Source of the DNA: Draconibacterium orientale
Lineage (GTDB): Bacteria > Bacteroidota > Bacteroidia > Bacteroidales > UBA1556
Direction: 5' to 3'
DNA: 64,000 bases
Assembly: GCA_020718275.1 (NCBI GenBank)
Contig: DYSI01000003.1
Span: 15,681 to 79,680 of the forward strand
Shown in pieces: positions 12,493 through 22,898 of the stretch (within the stretch, counting starts at the first letter, position 1; each line of letters begins with the position of its first letter). A program made the position numbers and the translations under genes. Below the pieces are notes generated by a model that saw only the letters and a list, made by a program, of their open reading frames with translations, ran no database searches and was not told where the DNA came from.

Positions 12493-13278
12493 TTAAAATT
12501 TAAGGATAAAATGCTGTTTTGTAAAATCTTCCTTCAAACTAATTATTCCAAAATGGTATAAATCAATACTTAAGCTCACTCTTTTATCCGCAATAATTGT
12601 TTCCCAGGCTTTTGTCATTCCTTTCGACCAATAGATATCGTCAAGAAGAATAAATCCGTTTTTTTCCATTTTTTGAATGGCTAACTCGAAATATCGGAGG
12701 CTTGCGGCTTCGGTATGATTGCCGTCAATATAGATTAGATCTGGTTTTTCTTGTGCAAGTAGGCTTGGAAAAACTTGCTCAAAATTACCTCTCAAAAGTT
12801 CAATATTGTTAAGTTTAAGGTGGTCAATTGATTCTTTTGCTATCAAATGGATGGTTTCGCTACCTTCGATACTGAAAATGGTAGCTTTTGGATTAGCAGT
12901 GGCAATATAGGCTGTTGTAATTCCTAAGGAAGTGCCTAATTCAATAATGATTTTAGCCTGAATATACTGTGCAAAGCTAGCGACAAAATGGGCTTCTTTG
13001 GCTGATTTTAGAGTATATCGTGCAATATCGCTAATCTTGCGTTGATTCGATCTACTTACCCTAGAGCCAGCACCGAAATCCATAACCTCAATACTTTGTG
13101 AACGGTTCAAATAGCTTGATCGCATTGCCTCAATGGCTTGGTTATCGAACTTAAAATTATTGGAATAAATGCAATTTTCGTATAGCTCATAAACAAAAGG
13201 AGAATGGATACTATGCCGCCCTTTGGCCTGCATGCGGTATCGCATATAACGGATGATGCTATGTAGTAAATTATTCAC
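12493..13278 (-). CDS. Class I SAM-dependent methyltransferase
   Basis: IELGTSLG motif I, DLIYIDGNH, DDIYWS; N-terminal HSIHSPFVY typical of the Bacteroidota family. Confidence 0.88.
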   Translation of the reverse strand: MNNLLHSIIRYMRYRMQAKGRHSIHSPFVYELYENCIYSNNFKFDNQAIEAMRSSYLNRSQSIEVMDFGAGSRVSRSNQRKISDIARYTLKSAKEAHFVASFAQYIQAKIIIELGTSLGITTAYIATANPKATIFSIEGSETIHLIAKESIDHLKLNNIELLRGNFEQVFPSLLAQEKPDLIYIDGNHTEAASLRYFELAIQKMEKNGFILLDDIYWSKGMTKAWETIIADKRVSLSIDLYHFGIISLKEDFTKQHFILKF

Positions 13279-13342
13279 AATAAGGAGTTTAGAATCTATT
13301 CTTAAGCGAAAAAAAAGTTTGTCTTCAAGAATCTAAAAATAA

Positions 13343-13409
13343 AATAGCAAAACTTTGTGCATACAAAAATCATAGCCTCGAGAAGCTTTTTGCACAAAGT
13401 TTTGCGATT
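13343..13409. repeat. Long inverted repeat (terminator or MITE remnant)
   Basis: GCAAAACTTTGTGCA (13347-13361) and TGCACAAAGTTTTGC (13391-13405) form a perfect 15-bp IR. Confidence 0.65.
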
Positions 13410-13436
13410 GCCAACAATCGATATTATTGGAAGATA

Positions 13437-13694
13437 TTAATAGGCAAGATTAATGGCTTGTACCGATTTGATTTCGGGAATTGCTTTAATCATGGCTTGC
13501 TCAACGCCTTGTTTTAAGGTCATGATACTCATTGAACAAGTGGCGCAAGCTCCTTTCAACTCTACTTGCACATTGTTCTCTTCGGTTAGGTGAACAAATT
13601 CAATATCGCCGCCGTCAGCCACTAAATAGGGGCGGATTTGATTAATGACATTATTCACTCTTTTGATTAATTCTTCTCTATTCTGGTTTTCCAT
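13437..13694 (-). CDS. NifU/Nfu-family Fe-S cluster carrier
   Basis: IRPYLVADGGDIE...LKGACATC. Confidence 0.93.
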   Translation of the reverse strand: MENQNREELIKRVNNVINQIRPYLVADGGDIEFVHLTEENNVQVELKGACATCSMSIMTLKQGVEQAMIKAIPEIKSVQAINLAY

Positions 13695-13704
13695 TGGGAT
13701 ATAA

Positions 13705-14832
13705 TTATTTGGTTGAACAAGATGCGTTAGGGTTCATTTCTACTTTTTTGGTTGGAGCAAACTCTCTATTTCTAATCTCGGTTTGCTCAATTACTTTGGC
13801 GGCAAGGTTTTTAAATGCAATTCCCATAGGGTGATCTGTTTGCAGCGCAATTGGTTTTCCACTTTCGCCAGCTTCCATAATCCCTTGTACTAGTGGTATT
13901 TGTGCTAGTAAAGGTACATTCATGGTTTCTGCCAAACGTTTTGCGCCGTCTTTGCCAAATATGTAATACTTATTGTTTGGCAATTCGGCAGGAGTGAAGT
14001 AGGCCATGTTTTCTACTAAACCTAACACAGGTACATTAATATCCTTTTGTTGAAACATTGATACGCCTTTTCTAGCGTCGGCTAGGGCTACTTCTTGCGG
14101 AGTGCTCACAATGACAACACCAGTGATACCAATATTTTGAACAAGCGTTAAATGGATATCGCCGGTTCCAGGGGGCATGTCAAGAATAATGTAATCGAGT
14201 TTTCCCCAATTTCCATCATTGATAAACTGTGTTAAGGCATTTGTAGCCATACTGCCTCTCCAAATGAGGGCTTTGTCAGCTTCCACAAAAAATCCAATTG
14301 AAAGTAGTTTGATACCATATTTTTCAATTGGCTCAATCCATGTCTTTCCGTTTTCTTGCGATGCTACTGGTTTGGCATTCACCAAATCAAACATTTGTGG
14401 AACTGATGGACCCCAGATGTCGGCGTCCAGTAGTCCTACTTTGGCGCCGGTTTTGGCCAATGCAATGGCTAAATTGGCTGCAACGGTCGATTTTCCAACA
14501 CCGCCTTTGCCAGAGGCTACGCCAATAATGTTCTTTACGCCGGCTAATGGCCGACTTGGCGCTTTAAATGCTGCTGCCTCAAAATGCTTGACTTTCGTTT
14601 CTACGATTACCTCTAATTTCTCGTCAAGATAAAATTGAAGAGTACGCTCACAAGCTTTCACTAAAGATTTAGCAAAAGGATCTTTGGAGCTTTTGGTTAC
14701 TAGCTTGAACTTGATTTGGTTATCATTGATTTCCATATCTTCAACCATCCCCAATTCAATGATGCTTTTTCCTGATTCAGGATGTTTTACCAATTTTAAT
14801 GTGTCAAGTACTTTTTCTGTGTTAAATTTCAT
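13705..14832 (-). CDS. mrp: Mrp/NBP35 (ApbC) iron-sulfur cluster carrier ATPase
   Basis: SGKGGVGKST, DADIWGPS, DMPPGTGD, ENMAYF; N-terminal DUF59-like domain. Confidence 0.95.
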   Translation of the reverse strand: MKFNTEKVLDTLKLVKHPESGKSIIELGMVEDMEINDNQIKFKLVTKSSKDPFAKSLVKACERTLQFYLDEKLEVIVETKVKHFEAAAFKAPSRPLAGVKNIIGVASGKGGVGKSTVAANLAIALAKTGAKVGLLDADIWGPSVPQMFDLVNAKPVASQENGKTWIEPIEKYGIKLLSIGFFVEADKALIWRGSMATNALTQFINDGNWGKLDYIILDMPPGTGDIHLTLVQNIGITGVVIVSTPQEVALADARKGVSMFQQKDINVPVLGLVENMAYFTPAELPNNKYYIFGKDGAKRLAETMNVPLLAQIPLVQGIMEAGESGKPIALQTDHPMGIAFKNLAAKVIEQTEIRNREFAPTKKVEMNPNASCSTK

Positions 14833-14933
14833 TGATTTATATTGTTGTTTTATAAGTTGTTAGGTGAATTTGTCTATTTTTATTTAGATTGTGTAAAGAT
14901 AAGAAATATTAGTTTAACTGATTACCTACTTAG

Positions 14934-14947
14934 TTGATATCTATCAA
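14934..14947. promoter_or_regulatory. FNR/CRP-family box
   Basis: Perfect TTGAT-ATCT-ATCAA about 100 bp upstream of mrp, in the divergent mrp/nqr region. Confidence 0.45.
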
Positions 14948-15920
14948 GTTTATACTTGAGCTTATGGTTCATGTCATTTTGTTTGCAGTTTATTGCTGTT
15001 TTTCTGTTTTTATTGTTTGATTATCACACATTCAAGCTTGCAGAATCGGTTTTTATTGAACATTAATATTTTTTAATGCTACAATTCTTTCCAATCTGAT
15101 TCTCCGAAATTGGATGGTATTATTTTATGGTGGTTAAGCATGCTGGAAGATGATTTGCTGTGATTACGAAATTGGAATAATTTGTTCATTGGCTAATTCT
15201 TTTGGAAATAATAATTTATCTTTCTGTTGGTGGAATAGGGGGAAAGATTTTTTCAAATTTCTTCTGCTAAATATCTTTTATGATTAATATTTTTGTAAAT
15301 TACAGTATAACAGATTATTGTATTGGTCTACTGAGGAATTGAACTATGATTAGCTTCCTTGGTAAAATTTCGGTATTGAGCAATTAATCTCGGTTTGCAA
15401 ACAATCAGATCCTAATTTATAACCACTTCTTCAAACCGAAGTGCTCAACTCAATACACCTTGATTAAAATGTAGAGGTCACATTTTGAAAGCACCATAAG
15501 TGAGCAAGCGTAATCAGCGTTTTATTTGATCTGCTTATATTTTTATTGGTATTTTGGTTTTTTCAATGCTTGCTTTATGGTTGTTTTTATAAGCAGGATA
15601 TAAACCGAATTGATTAAGCATAATCTTGTTGGGGACCTAAAAATAATATTGTTAGAACATCGTCAGAATTCAACTGATTGTTAAATTTTTGTATTTCTTA
15701 TAAAATTGATTATCATGCAATTAATGTAGATGTTTTACATATTTATGTTTTTTAGTTCAAAAAAAACCTGTTAGATATCATAAAATGCTCATTAATAATT
15801 AGTTTAGAAAAATAATTGTTTGAATAAAGGAGGATTTTTTTCATCTTTGCAACTTTTATAAATTTTCAGCTGAATAACACTTAGACAAAGGACTAATCAT
15901 ATAATAATCATCAAAATAAT

Positions 15921-17270
15921 ATGTCGAAACAAGTTAACTTAAAACGAGGCTTAGACATCAAACTCAAAGGTCTTGCCGCCGAAAAGGTGCTCGAGATTCA
16001 ATTGAATTCGGTTGCCATCAAGCCAACAGATTTTCATGGGGTAATTCCTAAGTTGAATGTTCGTGTTGGAGATAAAGTCAAAAGAGGCTCAGTTGTTTTC
16101 TTTGATAAAAATAGAGAAGATATCCTATTTACTTCTCCAGTTAGCGGAACTGTAACTGAAATTCTACGGGGTGAAAAGCGAAAAATTCTAGAGATTCAAA
16201 TTGAATTAGATCAGCTTGATGAATTTGTCGATTTTGGAAAGGGTAATCCTGCATCCATGGAAGGATCGCAGATTAAAGCTAAATTGCTTGAAAGTGGGCT
16301 ATGGTCATTCATTCGCCAGCGTCCCTATACGGTCATTGCAAATCCAAATGAAACCCCCAAAGCGATCTTCATTTCAGGATTTGATAGTGCTCCTTTGGCT
16401 GCTAATATTAGGTTTTTACTAGCTGGTCAGGACCAAGCTTTTCAATTTGGAATTGATGCATTGGCAAAATTGACCAAAGGAAAAGTTCATTTGGGGTTGA
16501 GTGCTTCTACCAAATCAGAGGTGTTGAGTCAAATCAAAGGCGTTGAAATCAACTATTTTAACGGACCACATCCTGCTGGTAATGTTGGAATTCAAATTCA
16601 TCATATTTCGCCCATCAATAAAGGGGAAGTCGTTTGGGTAGTGCAGCCGCAAGAGGTTGTGGCAATCGGTAATTTATTTCTTCAGGGGCAATATAATTCA
16701 GATATTACTATTGCCGTGGCTGGCTCCGAAGTGAAGAATCCCCAATATTATAAGGTGAAACGTGGGGCAGAGGTTGAAGCAATCCTTAAAAATAATCTCT
16801 TAGATAAGGACCCTGTTAGAATTATTAGTGGTAATGTTTTGACTGGTACCAAAATAGACTTGAGCGGTTACTTATCGTATTACCATAATCTCATCAGTGT
16901 AATCCCTGAGGGTAATTATCATGCTTTTTTCGGTTGGTTGATTCCTTCACCCAAAAAGCACAGCTTTTATCGAACTGCTTTTTCGTGGCTAAGCCCGAAT
17001 AAAACATATCGATTAGATACTAATATTAATGGTGGTGAGCGTGCTTTTGTTGTTACTGGCGCTTTAGAAAAGGTTCTGCCAATGGATATTATGCCAATTC
17101 AGCTCTTAAAAGCAATCATGATCGATGATATCGAAAAAATTGAGAACTTAGGTATTTATGAACTTGACGAAGAGGATATTGCGCTATGCGAATATATCAG
17201 TACTTCCAAAATAAATATGCAATCTATATTAAGAAACGGACTCAATTTGACTCGCAAAGAAATGAGCTAG
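15921..17270 (+). CDS. nqrA: Na+-translocating NADH:quinone reductase subunit A
   Basis: KRGLDIKLKG start, GPHPAGNVG, RIISGNVLTG, LDEEDIALC. Confidence 0.96.
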   Translation: MSKQVNLKRGLDIKLKGLAAEKVLEIQLNSVAIKPTDFHGVIPKLNVRVGDKVKRGSVVFFDKNREDILFTSPVSGTVTEILRGEKRKILEIQIELDQLDEFVDFGKGNPASMEGSQIKAKLLESGLWSFIRQRPYTVIANPNETPKAIFISGFDSAPLAANIRFLLAGQDQAFQFGIDALAKLTKGKVHLGLSASTKSEVLSQIKGVEINYFNGPHPAGNVGIQIHHISPINKGEVVWVVQPQEVVAIGNLFLQGQYNSDITIAVAGSEVKNPQYYKVKRGAEVEAILKNNLLDKDPVRIISGNVLTGTKIDLSGYLSYYHNLISVIPEGNYHAFFGWLIPSPKKHSFYRTAFSWLSPNKTYRLDTNINGGERAFVVTGALEKVLPMDIMPIQLLKAIMIDDIEKIENLGIYELDEEDIALCEYISTSKINMQSILRNGLNLTRKEMS

Positions 17271-17298
17271 TTAATCAAAATTAATTTATTTATAGCCA

Positions 17299-18459
17299 AT
17301 GAAAGCAATTAGAAATATTTTAGATTCAGTTAAACCGCATGTGCAGAAAGGTGGAAAGTACCACGCTTTTCACTCCTTATTTGATGCAGCTGAAACTTTC
17401 TTTTTTGTTCCAAATCATGTAACGACAAAAGGAAGTCATATCCGTGATGCTGTGGATATGAAGCGCACCATGTTTATAGTGGTTGTTTCCCTTATTCCTG
17501 CTCTACTTTTTGGAATGTGGAATGTGGGTAATTTGCATTTTAAATCCTTAGGCGAATCGGTAGGACTTTTCGACGCCTTTTCCTATGGATTTATTAAAGT
17601 GCTTCCCCTCATTATAGTTTCGTATGTAGTAGGTTTGGGAACTGAAATAATTTTTGCCCAAAAAAGAGGGCATGAAGTTAATGAAGGATTTTTTGTGAGT
17701 GGTATGTTGATTCCACTTATTCTTCCTGTTAGCACGCCATTATGGATGGTTGCTGTTGCGGTTATCTTTGCCGTCATTTTCGGAAAGGAAGTATTTGGTG
17801 GCACAGGAATGAATGTGGTGAACCCAGCGCTTTTAACTCGCGCATTTCTGTTTTTTGCTTATCCTCAATCCATGTCGGGCGATGCTGTTTGGATTTCGGA
17901 GAAAGCTGATGCCTATTCAGGAGCCACGCCTCTCGCTGAATTAGCCTCCAATAATGGTTCTGGTTTATCAATTACCGAAATGATAATTGGTAATTACCCA
18001 GGTTCCATTGGCGAATCTTCTTTTATCGCCATTATGATCGGTGCGGCAATATTACTTTATACAGGCGTGGCTAGCTGGAAATTGATGCTGTCATTTTTTG
18101 CCGGAGGTTTGGCAATGGGCCTTTTATTAAATGGTATGCAAGACCTGTTTCCACATAATAACTACTTGGACTTTCCTGCTTATCAGCACCTTCTTATCGG
18201 TGGATTCGCTTTTGGTGGAGTATTTATGATTACCGATCCAGTGACAGCTGCTCAAACCGAAACCGGTAAGTGGATTTATGGATTCTTAGGGGGAGTGATT
18301 GCGATTATCGTTAGAGTGCTAAATCCTGCGTTCCCTGAAGGGGTCATGTTGTCAATTCTGTTGGTCAATGTGTTATCTCCTCTTATCGATTATTTTGTTG
18401 TTGAAAATAATATAAAACGACGAATGAAGCGTGCTAAGTTAAGTCAAGCAAAAATCTAA
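17299..18459 (+). CDS. nqrB: Na+-NQR subunit B
   Basis: HIRDAVDMKR, FGKEVFGGTGMN, FMN site SGAT, FMITDPV. Confidence 0.97.
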   Translation: MKAIRNILDSVKPHVQKGGKYHAFHSLFDAAETFFFVPNHVTTKGSHIRDAVDMKRTMFIVVVSLIPALLFGMWNVGNLHFKSLGESVGLFDAFSYGFIKVLPLIIVSYVVGLGTEIIFAQKRGHEVNEGFFVSGMLIPLILPVSTPLWMVAVAVIFAVIFGKEVFGGTGMNVVNPALLTRAFLFFAYPQSMSGDAVWISEKADAYSGATPLAELASNNGSGLSITEMIIGNYPGSIGESSFIAIMIGAAILLYTGVASWKLMLSFFAGGLAMGLLLNGMQDLFPHNNYLDFPAYQHLLIGGFAFGGVFMITDPVTAAQTETGKWIYGFLGGVIAIIVRVLNPAFPEGVMLSILLVNVLSPLIDYFVVENNIKRRMKRAKLSQAKI

Positions 18460-18469
18460 ATTTATCATT

Positions 18470-19255
18470 ATGAATAAGAACGGAAACTTATATATATTCA
18501 CCTACGCCTCGGTTTTGGTTGTGGGTGTGGCGGTAGTGCTTACAGTCGCCTCGATTAGTCTTAAACCCTTCCAAGATAAAAATGTTAGGATCGAAAAAAT
18601 GCAGAATATCCTAGCGTCTATTGGTATTCAATCAACGGCAAAGAATGCTGAGCAAATTTATGATTCGAAAATTTCTGAGGAGTTAATAGTCTCTGTGGAT
18701 GGCCAGGTGACAAGTGTTTACGAAAATGGGAAATTTACAAAAGGAAATTTACGAGCCTTTGATGTGGATTTAAAAAAGGAATTGAGTTCAGTTCAAAAAA
18801 CTAAAAAAGGTAACCTGCCAATCTTTGTGGCTGATATCGACGGTAAAAAATACTACATAATTCCACTGCTTGGTAAAGGATTATGGAGTTCTATCTGGGG
18901 AAATATTGCGCTTGAAGATGATTTGAATACTGTTTACGGTGCCAATTTCGACCATAAATCTGAAACCCCTGGATTGGGAGCGGAGATAGCTCAAAAACCA
19001 AAAGCTGGTGAGAAAGTGTTTTCAGACCAGTTTAAAGGAAAAAAAATATTTGATGACGCCAGTGATTTTAAATCAATTTCGGTTGTAAAAGGAGGTGTTG
19101 CCAATCAAAAAGCTATTGCACTCGATAATGGAGTTGATGCCATTTCAGGTGGTACTCTTACCAGTAACGGCGTTACGGATATGATAAAGGATTGTTTAGT
19201 TAATTATGTAAATTTTATTAAAACCCAAAAATCAAGCAATGAGTCAGGAAATTAA
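18470..19255 (+). CDS. nqrC: Na+-NQR subunit C
   Basis: N-terminal TM, GKGLW, ETPGLGAEI, FMN site DAISGGT. Confidence 0.96.
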   Translation: MNKNGNLYIFTYASVLVVGVAVVLTVASISLKPFQDKNVRIEKMQNILASIGIQSTAKNAEQIYDSKISEELIVSVDGQVTSVYENGKFTKGNLRAFDVDLKKELSSVQKTKKGNLPIFVADIDGKKYYIIPLLGKGLWSSIWGNIALEDDLNTVYGANFDHKSETPGLGAEIAQKPKAGEKVFSDQFKGKKIFDDASDFKSISVVKGGVANQKAIALDNGVDAISGGTLTSNGVTDMIKDCLVNYVNFIKTQKSSNESGN

Positions 19256-19910
19256 AGAAAGAGAGCCCATGTTTTCTCCCAAAAACATGCGACTAATAAC
19301 AAATCCTTTTAATAAGGAAAATCCTATCACGGTGCAAGTTTTGGGAATTTGCTCCGCACTTGCCGTTACCGTAAAATTTGAGCCTGCTTTTATGATGGCT
19401 CTTTCAGTAATTGCTGTTGCCGCCATCGGAAATACAATTATTTCTGTTTTAAGAAATACGATTCCATCCCGAATTCGAATTATAGTGCAATTAGTGGTGG
19501 TGGCTTTACTGGTTATTCTGGTAGACCAAATTCTTAAAGCATTTTCTTATGATGTAAGTAAGCAACTCTCTGTTTTTGTAGGGTTAATTATTACGAATTG
19601 TATCCTCATGGGTCGTTATGAGGCTTTTGCAATGCAAAATAAACCATGGCCATCTTTTCTCGATGGTTTGGGCAACGGATTTGGTTATGGATTAATTCTT
19701 CTTTTGGTTGCTGCGTTTCGTGAAATTTTTAGCCCTAGTGGCTCTCTAACACTTCCATTTTTTGGGACTGTTAAAATCGTGCCCCAGGCCTTTTTTGATA
19801 TGGGTTATGTGGGAAATGGTATGGCAATTCTTCCTCCCATGGCTTTGATATCTGTGGCTATCATTATTTGGATTCAAAGATCACGGAATGAAGACTTACA
19901 AGAAAATTAA
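19239..19910 (+). CDS. nqrD: Na+-NQR subunit D
   Basis: QVLGICSALAVT, LIITNCILMGR. Confidence 0.97.
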   Translation: MSQEIKEREPMFSPKNMRLITNPFNKENPITVQVLGICSALAVTVKFEPAFMMALSVIAVAAIGNTIISVLRNTIPSRIRIIVQLVVVALLVILVDQILKAFSYDVSKQLSVFVGLIITNCILMGRYEAFAMQNKPWPSFLDGLGNGFGYGLILLLVAAFREIFSPSGSLTLPFFGTVKIVPQAFFDMGYVGNGMAILPPMALISVAIIIWIQRSRNEDLQEN

Positions 19911-19934
19911 TGGAAATCTTAAAAATGAAAAGCA

Positions 19935-20549
19935 ATGGAATTATTTAATCTTTTTATAGAATCAATTTTTATTGAAAACATGGTGTTCATGTACTTTATT
20001 GGTATGTGTTCGTATTTGGCCGTGTCTAAAACAGTAAAAACTTCAATCGGTTTGGGTATCGCAGTCGTGTTTGTTCAAATTATTACAGTCCCTGTAAACT
20101 TTTTGGTGAATAAATATTTCTTGGTTGCCGGCGCACTTTCTTGGCTCGGTCCTGAATATGCAGATGTGGATTTGGGCTTTTTAAGCTTTATTATGTTTAT
20201 CGCTATTATTGCATCCATGGTTCAATTAGTTGAAATGGCTGTTGAGAAATTCTCTCCTGCATTGTATAACTCACTTGGGATTTTCTTGCCGCTTATTGCC
20301 GTGAATTGCGCTATTTTAGGAGGCTCCTTATTTATGCAAGAGCGTGAATATGAAACTCTTGCTGAAGCATCTGTTTACGGATTAGGTTCTGGATTTGGTT
20401 GGATGGTGGCTATTGTTATTGTTGCTGCTATTAGAGAAAAAATTACCTATTCAAATGTGCCAAAACCACTCAAAGGACTCGGTATTACTTTTATAATTAC
20501 CGGCCTTATTGGGATTGCCTTCATGTCATTCATGGGAATTAAATTGTAA
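19935..20549 (+). CDS. nqrE: Na+-NQR subunit E
   Basis: [22 protein letters not shown]. Confidence 0.97.
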   Translation: MELFNLFIESIFIENMVFMYFIGMCSYLAVSKTVKTSIGLGIAVVFVQIITVPVNFLVNKYFLVAGALSWLGPEYADVDLGFLSFIMFIAIIASMVQLVEMAVEKFSPALYNSLGIFLPLIAVNCAILGGSLFMQEREYETLAEASVYGLGSGFGWMVAIVIVAAIREKITYSNVPKPLKGLGITFIITGLIGIAFMSFMGIKL

Positions 20550-20572
20550 TCATTAACATAAAAAATATAAAA

Positions 20573-21835
20573 ATGGTTTTTTTAGAAATATCTCTGTCGA
20601 CCTCCATTCTGATTAGTGTGGTGCTTTTTCTTAGCATAATGCTTGCTTTGGTTGGTATACTCGTTTATGCCAAGCTAAAACTTACTCCACAAGGTACCTC
20701 AAAGATAACAATAAATGAGGAAAACGAAATCACTGTTGAACCTGGAAGTTCCTTGCTTTCAACCTTGTCAAACGAAAAGATTTTTCTTCCCTCGGCATGC
20801 GGTGGAGGTGGAACTTGTGGCATGTGCAAATGTCAGGTTTATGATGGAGGGGGCGATATGCTGCCTACCGAAAAAGGTTTTTTCACCCGTAAGGAAGCTG
20901 CTGATCATTGGCGTTTAGGTTGCCAAGTTAAAGTGCGTGGCGATATGAAAATTGGTGTCCCTCACGAAATTTTTGGTATTAAAAAATGGGAATGTACCGT
21001 GGTTTCCAACAATAATGTGGCTACTTTTATTAAAGAGTTTGTGGTGAAGCTTCCCGATGGCGAGCGCCTTGAATTTAGATCTGGGGGCTATATTCAGATT
21101 GATGTGCCTAAATGTGAGGTCGATTATAAAAATATTGAAGTCGCTCCTGCTTACCGTGGTGACTGGGACAAATTTAATATGTGGAATTTGAAAATGAAAA
21201 ATCCTGAACCAATTTATCGTGCATATTCGATGGCTAATCATCCTGCCGAAGGAAATATTGTGATGCTAAATGTTCGTATTGCTACACCACCTTGGGATCC
21301 AAAAATTAAAGGTTTCAAAAATGTCAATCCTGGCATTTGTTCTTCCTATATTTTTAACCTTAAACCTGGTGATAAAGTAATGGTGTCGGGCCCTTATGGC
21401 GAATTCTTTATTAAAGACACTAAACGCGAAATGATGTTTATTGGCGGTGGTGCAGGTATGGCTCCTATGCGCTCGCATATTTTCGACTTGTTTCATACTA
21501 AGAAAACGACCGATCGGAAAGCAACTTTCTGGTACGGTGGACGTTCGCTTCGTGAATTATTCTACGTAGACCAATTTAGAGCAATTGAGGAAGAATTTCC
21601 TAATTTTACCTTTAATATTGGCTTGTCCGAACCTATGCCAGAGGATAATTGGACTGGTTATGTTGGTTTCATTCATCAAATTATTCTGGAAAATTACTTG
21701 CGCACGCATGAAGAACCTGAAGAAATTGAATACTATCTCTGCGGCCCTCCAATGATGAACAGTGCGGTCTTCAAAATGCTAGATGAACTTGGCGTTCCGT
21801 CAGAAATGATTGCCTTCGATGATTTTGGAGGATAA
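20573..21835 (+). CDS. nqrF: Na+-NQR subunit F
   Basis: [12 protein letters not shown] [2Fe-2S], RAYSMA FAD motif, [10 protein letters not shown]-terminal DDFGG. Confidence 0.98.
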   Translation: MVFLEISLSTSILISVVLFLSIMLALVGILVYAKLKLTPQGTSKITINEENEITVEPGSSLLSTLSNEKIFLPSACGGGGTCGMCKCQVYDGGGDMLPTEKGFFTRKEAADHWRLGCQVKVRGDMKIGVPHEIFGIKKWECTVVSNNNVATFIKEFVVKLPDGERLEFRSGGYIQIDVPKCEVDYKNIEVAPAYRGDWDKFNMWNLKMKNPEPIYRAYSMANHPAEGNIVMLNVRIATPPWDPKIKGFKNVNPGICSSYIFNLKPGDKVMVSGPYGEFFIKDTKREMMFIGGGAGMAPMRSHIFDLFHTKKTTDRKATFWYGGRSLRELFYVDQFRAIEEEFPNFTFNIGLSEPMPEDNWTGYVGFIHQIILENYLRTHEEPEEIEYYLCGPPMMNSAVFKMLDELGVPSEMIAFDDFGG

Positions 21836-21843
21836 TTTTATAA

Positions 21844-21874
21844 GGAGATCGATTTTATCGGTCTCTTTATTTTC
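21844..21874 (+). terminator. Intrinsic terminator of the nqr operon
   Basis: GGAGATCGAT-TTT-ATCGGTCTCT followed by TTATTTT. Confidence 0.65.
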
Positions 21875-22230
21875 TAATCCCTCTGTTTGACTCAATATTG
21901 GGTTAAAGAAAATATTCAAAGAACTTAAAGAATTCAAACGTGGAAAATAGAAGTTCTAATAATTAATTTTTACAAACCTAATTCAAACATAATAACCCAC
22001 TTCAACGCTTGCAGCTTGATTGAAAATGTTACACAATCTCTTGTTTGCTATTTTGTCAAAGGTGTAAAATTAAATTAAAAAGATAAAAATACCGTAGTTG
22101 TTTTTTAAAATACTGAACAGAAGAAGGGAAAATTTTAAGAAGGTTTATAGAAGCAAAGGAAGTGTAGATACCATATTGTCAAATTTATATGTTTTTTTTA
22201 TCGTTTTAATTTTAAATTTGTGTAATTAAT

Positions 22231-22386
22231 ATGAAAAAAGAATTTAGGAAAAACTGCATGCTAGGATTTTTAGGATTATTTAGTTTATTCGGTTTTAGAT
22301 ATTTTCAAACAGGGGAATGGCTATATTTAATTTGGTTTAGCTGGGCTCTTTGGTTTGCATGGTTTGTCCCATTAAAATCTAAATAA
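22231..22386 (+). CDS. Small 51-aa aromatic-rich membrane peptide (not in the ORF track)
   Basis: ATG..TAA frame MKKEFRKNCMLGFLGLFSLFGFRYFQTGEWLYLIWFSWALWFAWFVPLKSK with an AT-rich initiation context and two short hydrophobic segments. Confidence 0.55.
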   Translation: MKKEFRKNCMLGFLGLFSLFGFRYFQTGEWLYLIWFSWALWFAWFVPLKSK

Positions 22387-22898
22387 TTTGCTTTCGTTAT
22401 AAATTAATAAAAAACGGCACAATTCATACATTAAAAACTTAAGTTCTTAAATCCCAATTGCGTAAATACTTATTTTCATGTATGCTGGTCAAAAGTTGAA
22501 ATGGCTCTAATAGAAGCTTTGGAAAGCTTGAAGAGTAGCCAAGTACTTAAAAAACCAAATACAAAGTGAATGCCTATTTATTATCATTGAGGCTGTTTAT
22601 ACTTCGCTCGGAATTTTCTTTCGTTTGTGATTGGAGGACATGAAGAGTTGTATGAATTGAGAAAATATCTACACAGAGTTATGGGTTCATGATGAGGCTA
22701 TAGTCCTCTACTAGTACTTGATAATTTCTGTAGAAACTAGTGTTTTATACTGGAACAAATATTATTAATTCATTCATCAAGGAGTCTGTTTTTTTAATTT
22801 AAATATTCAGATTTATCCATTGTGTTTTTCTATTTTTGAGCTGCTATCTCCTAAGGTTCATTGCTACTTTATAATCGTCTTATACAATCTATTATTTT

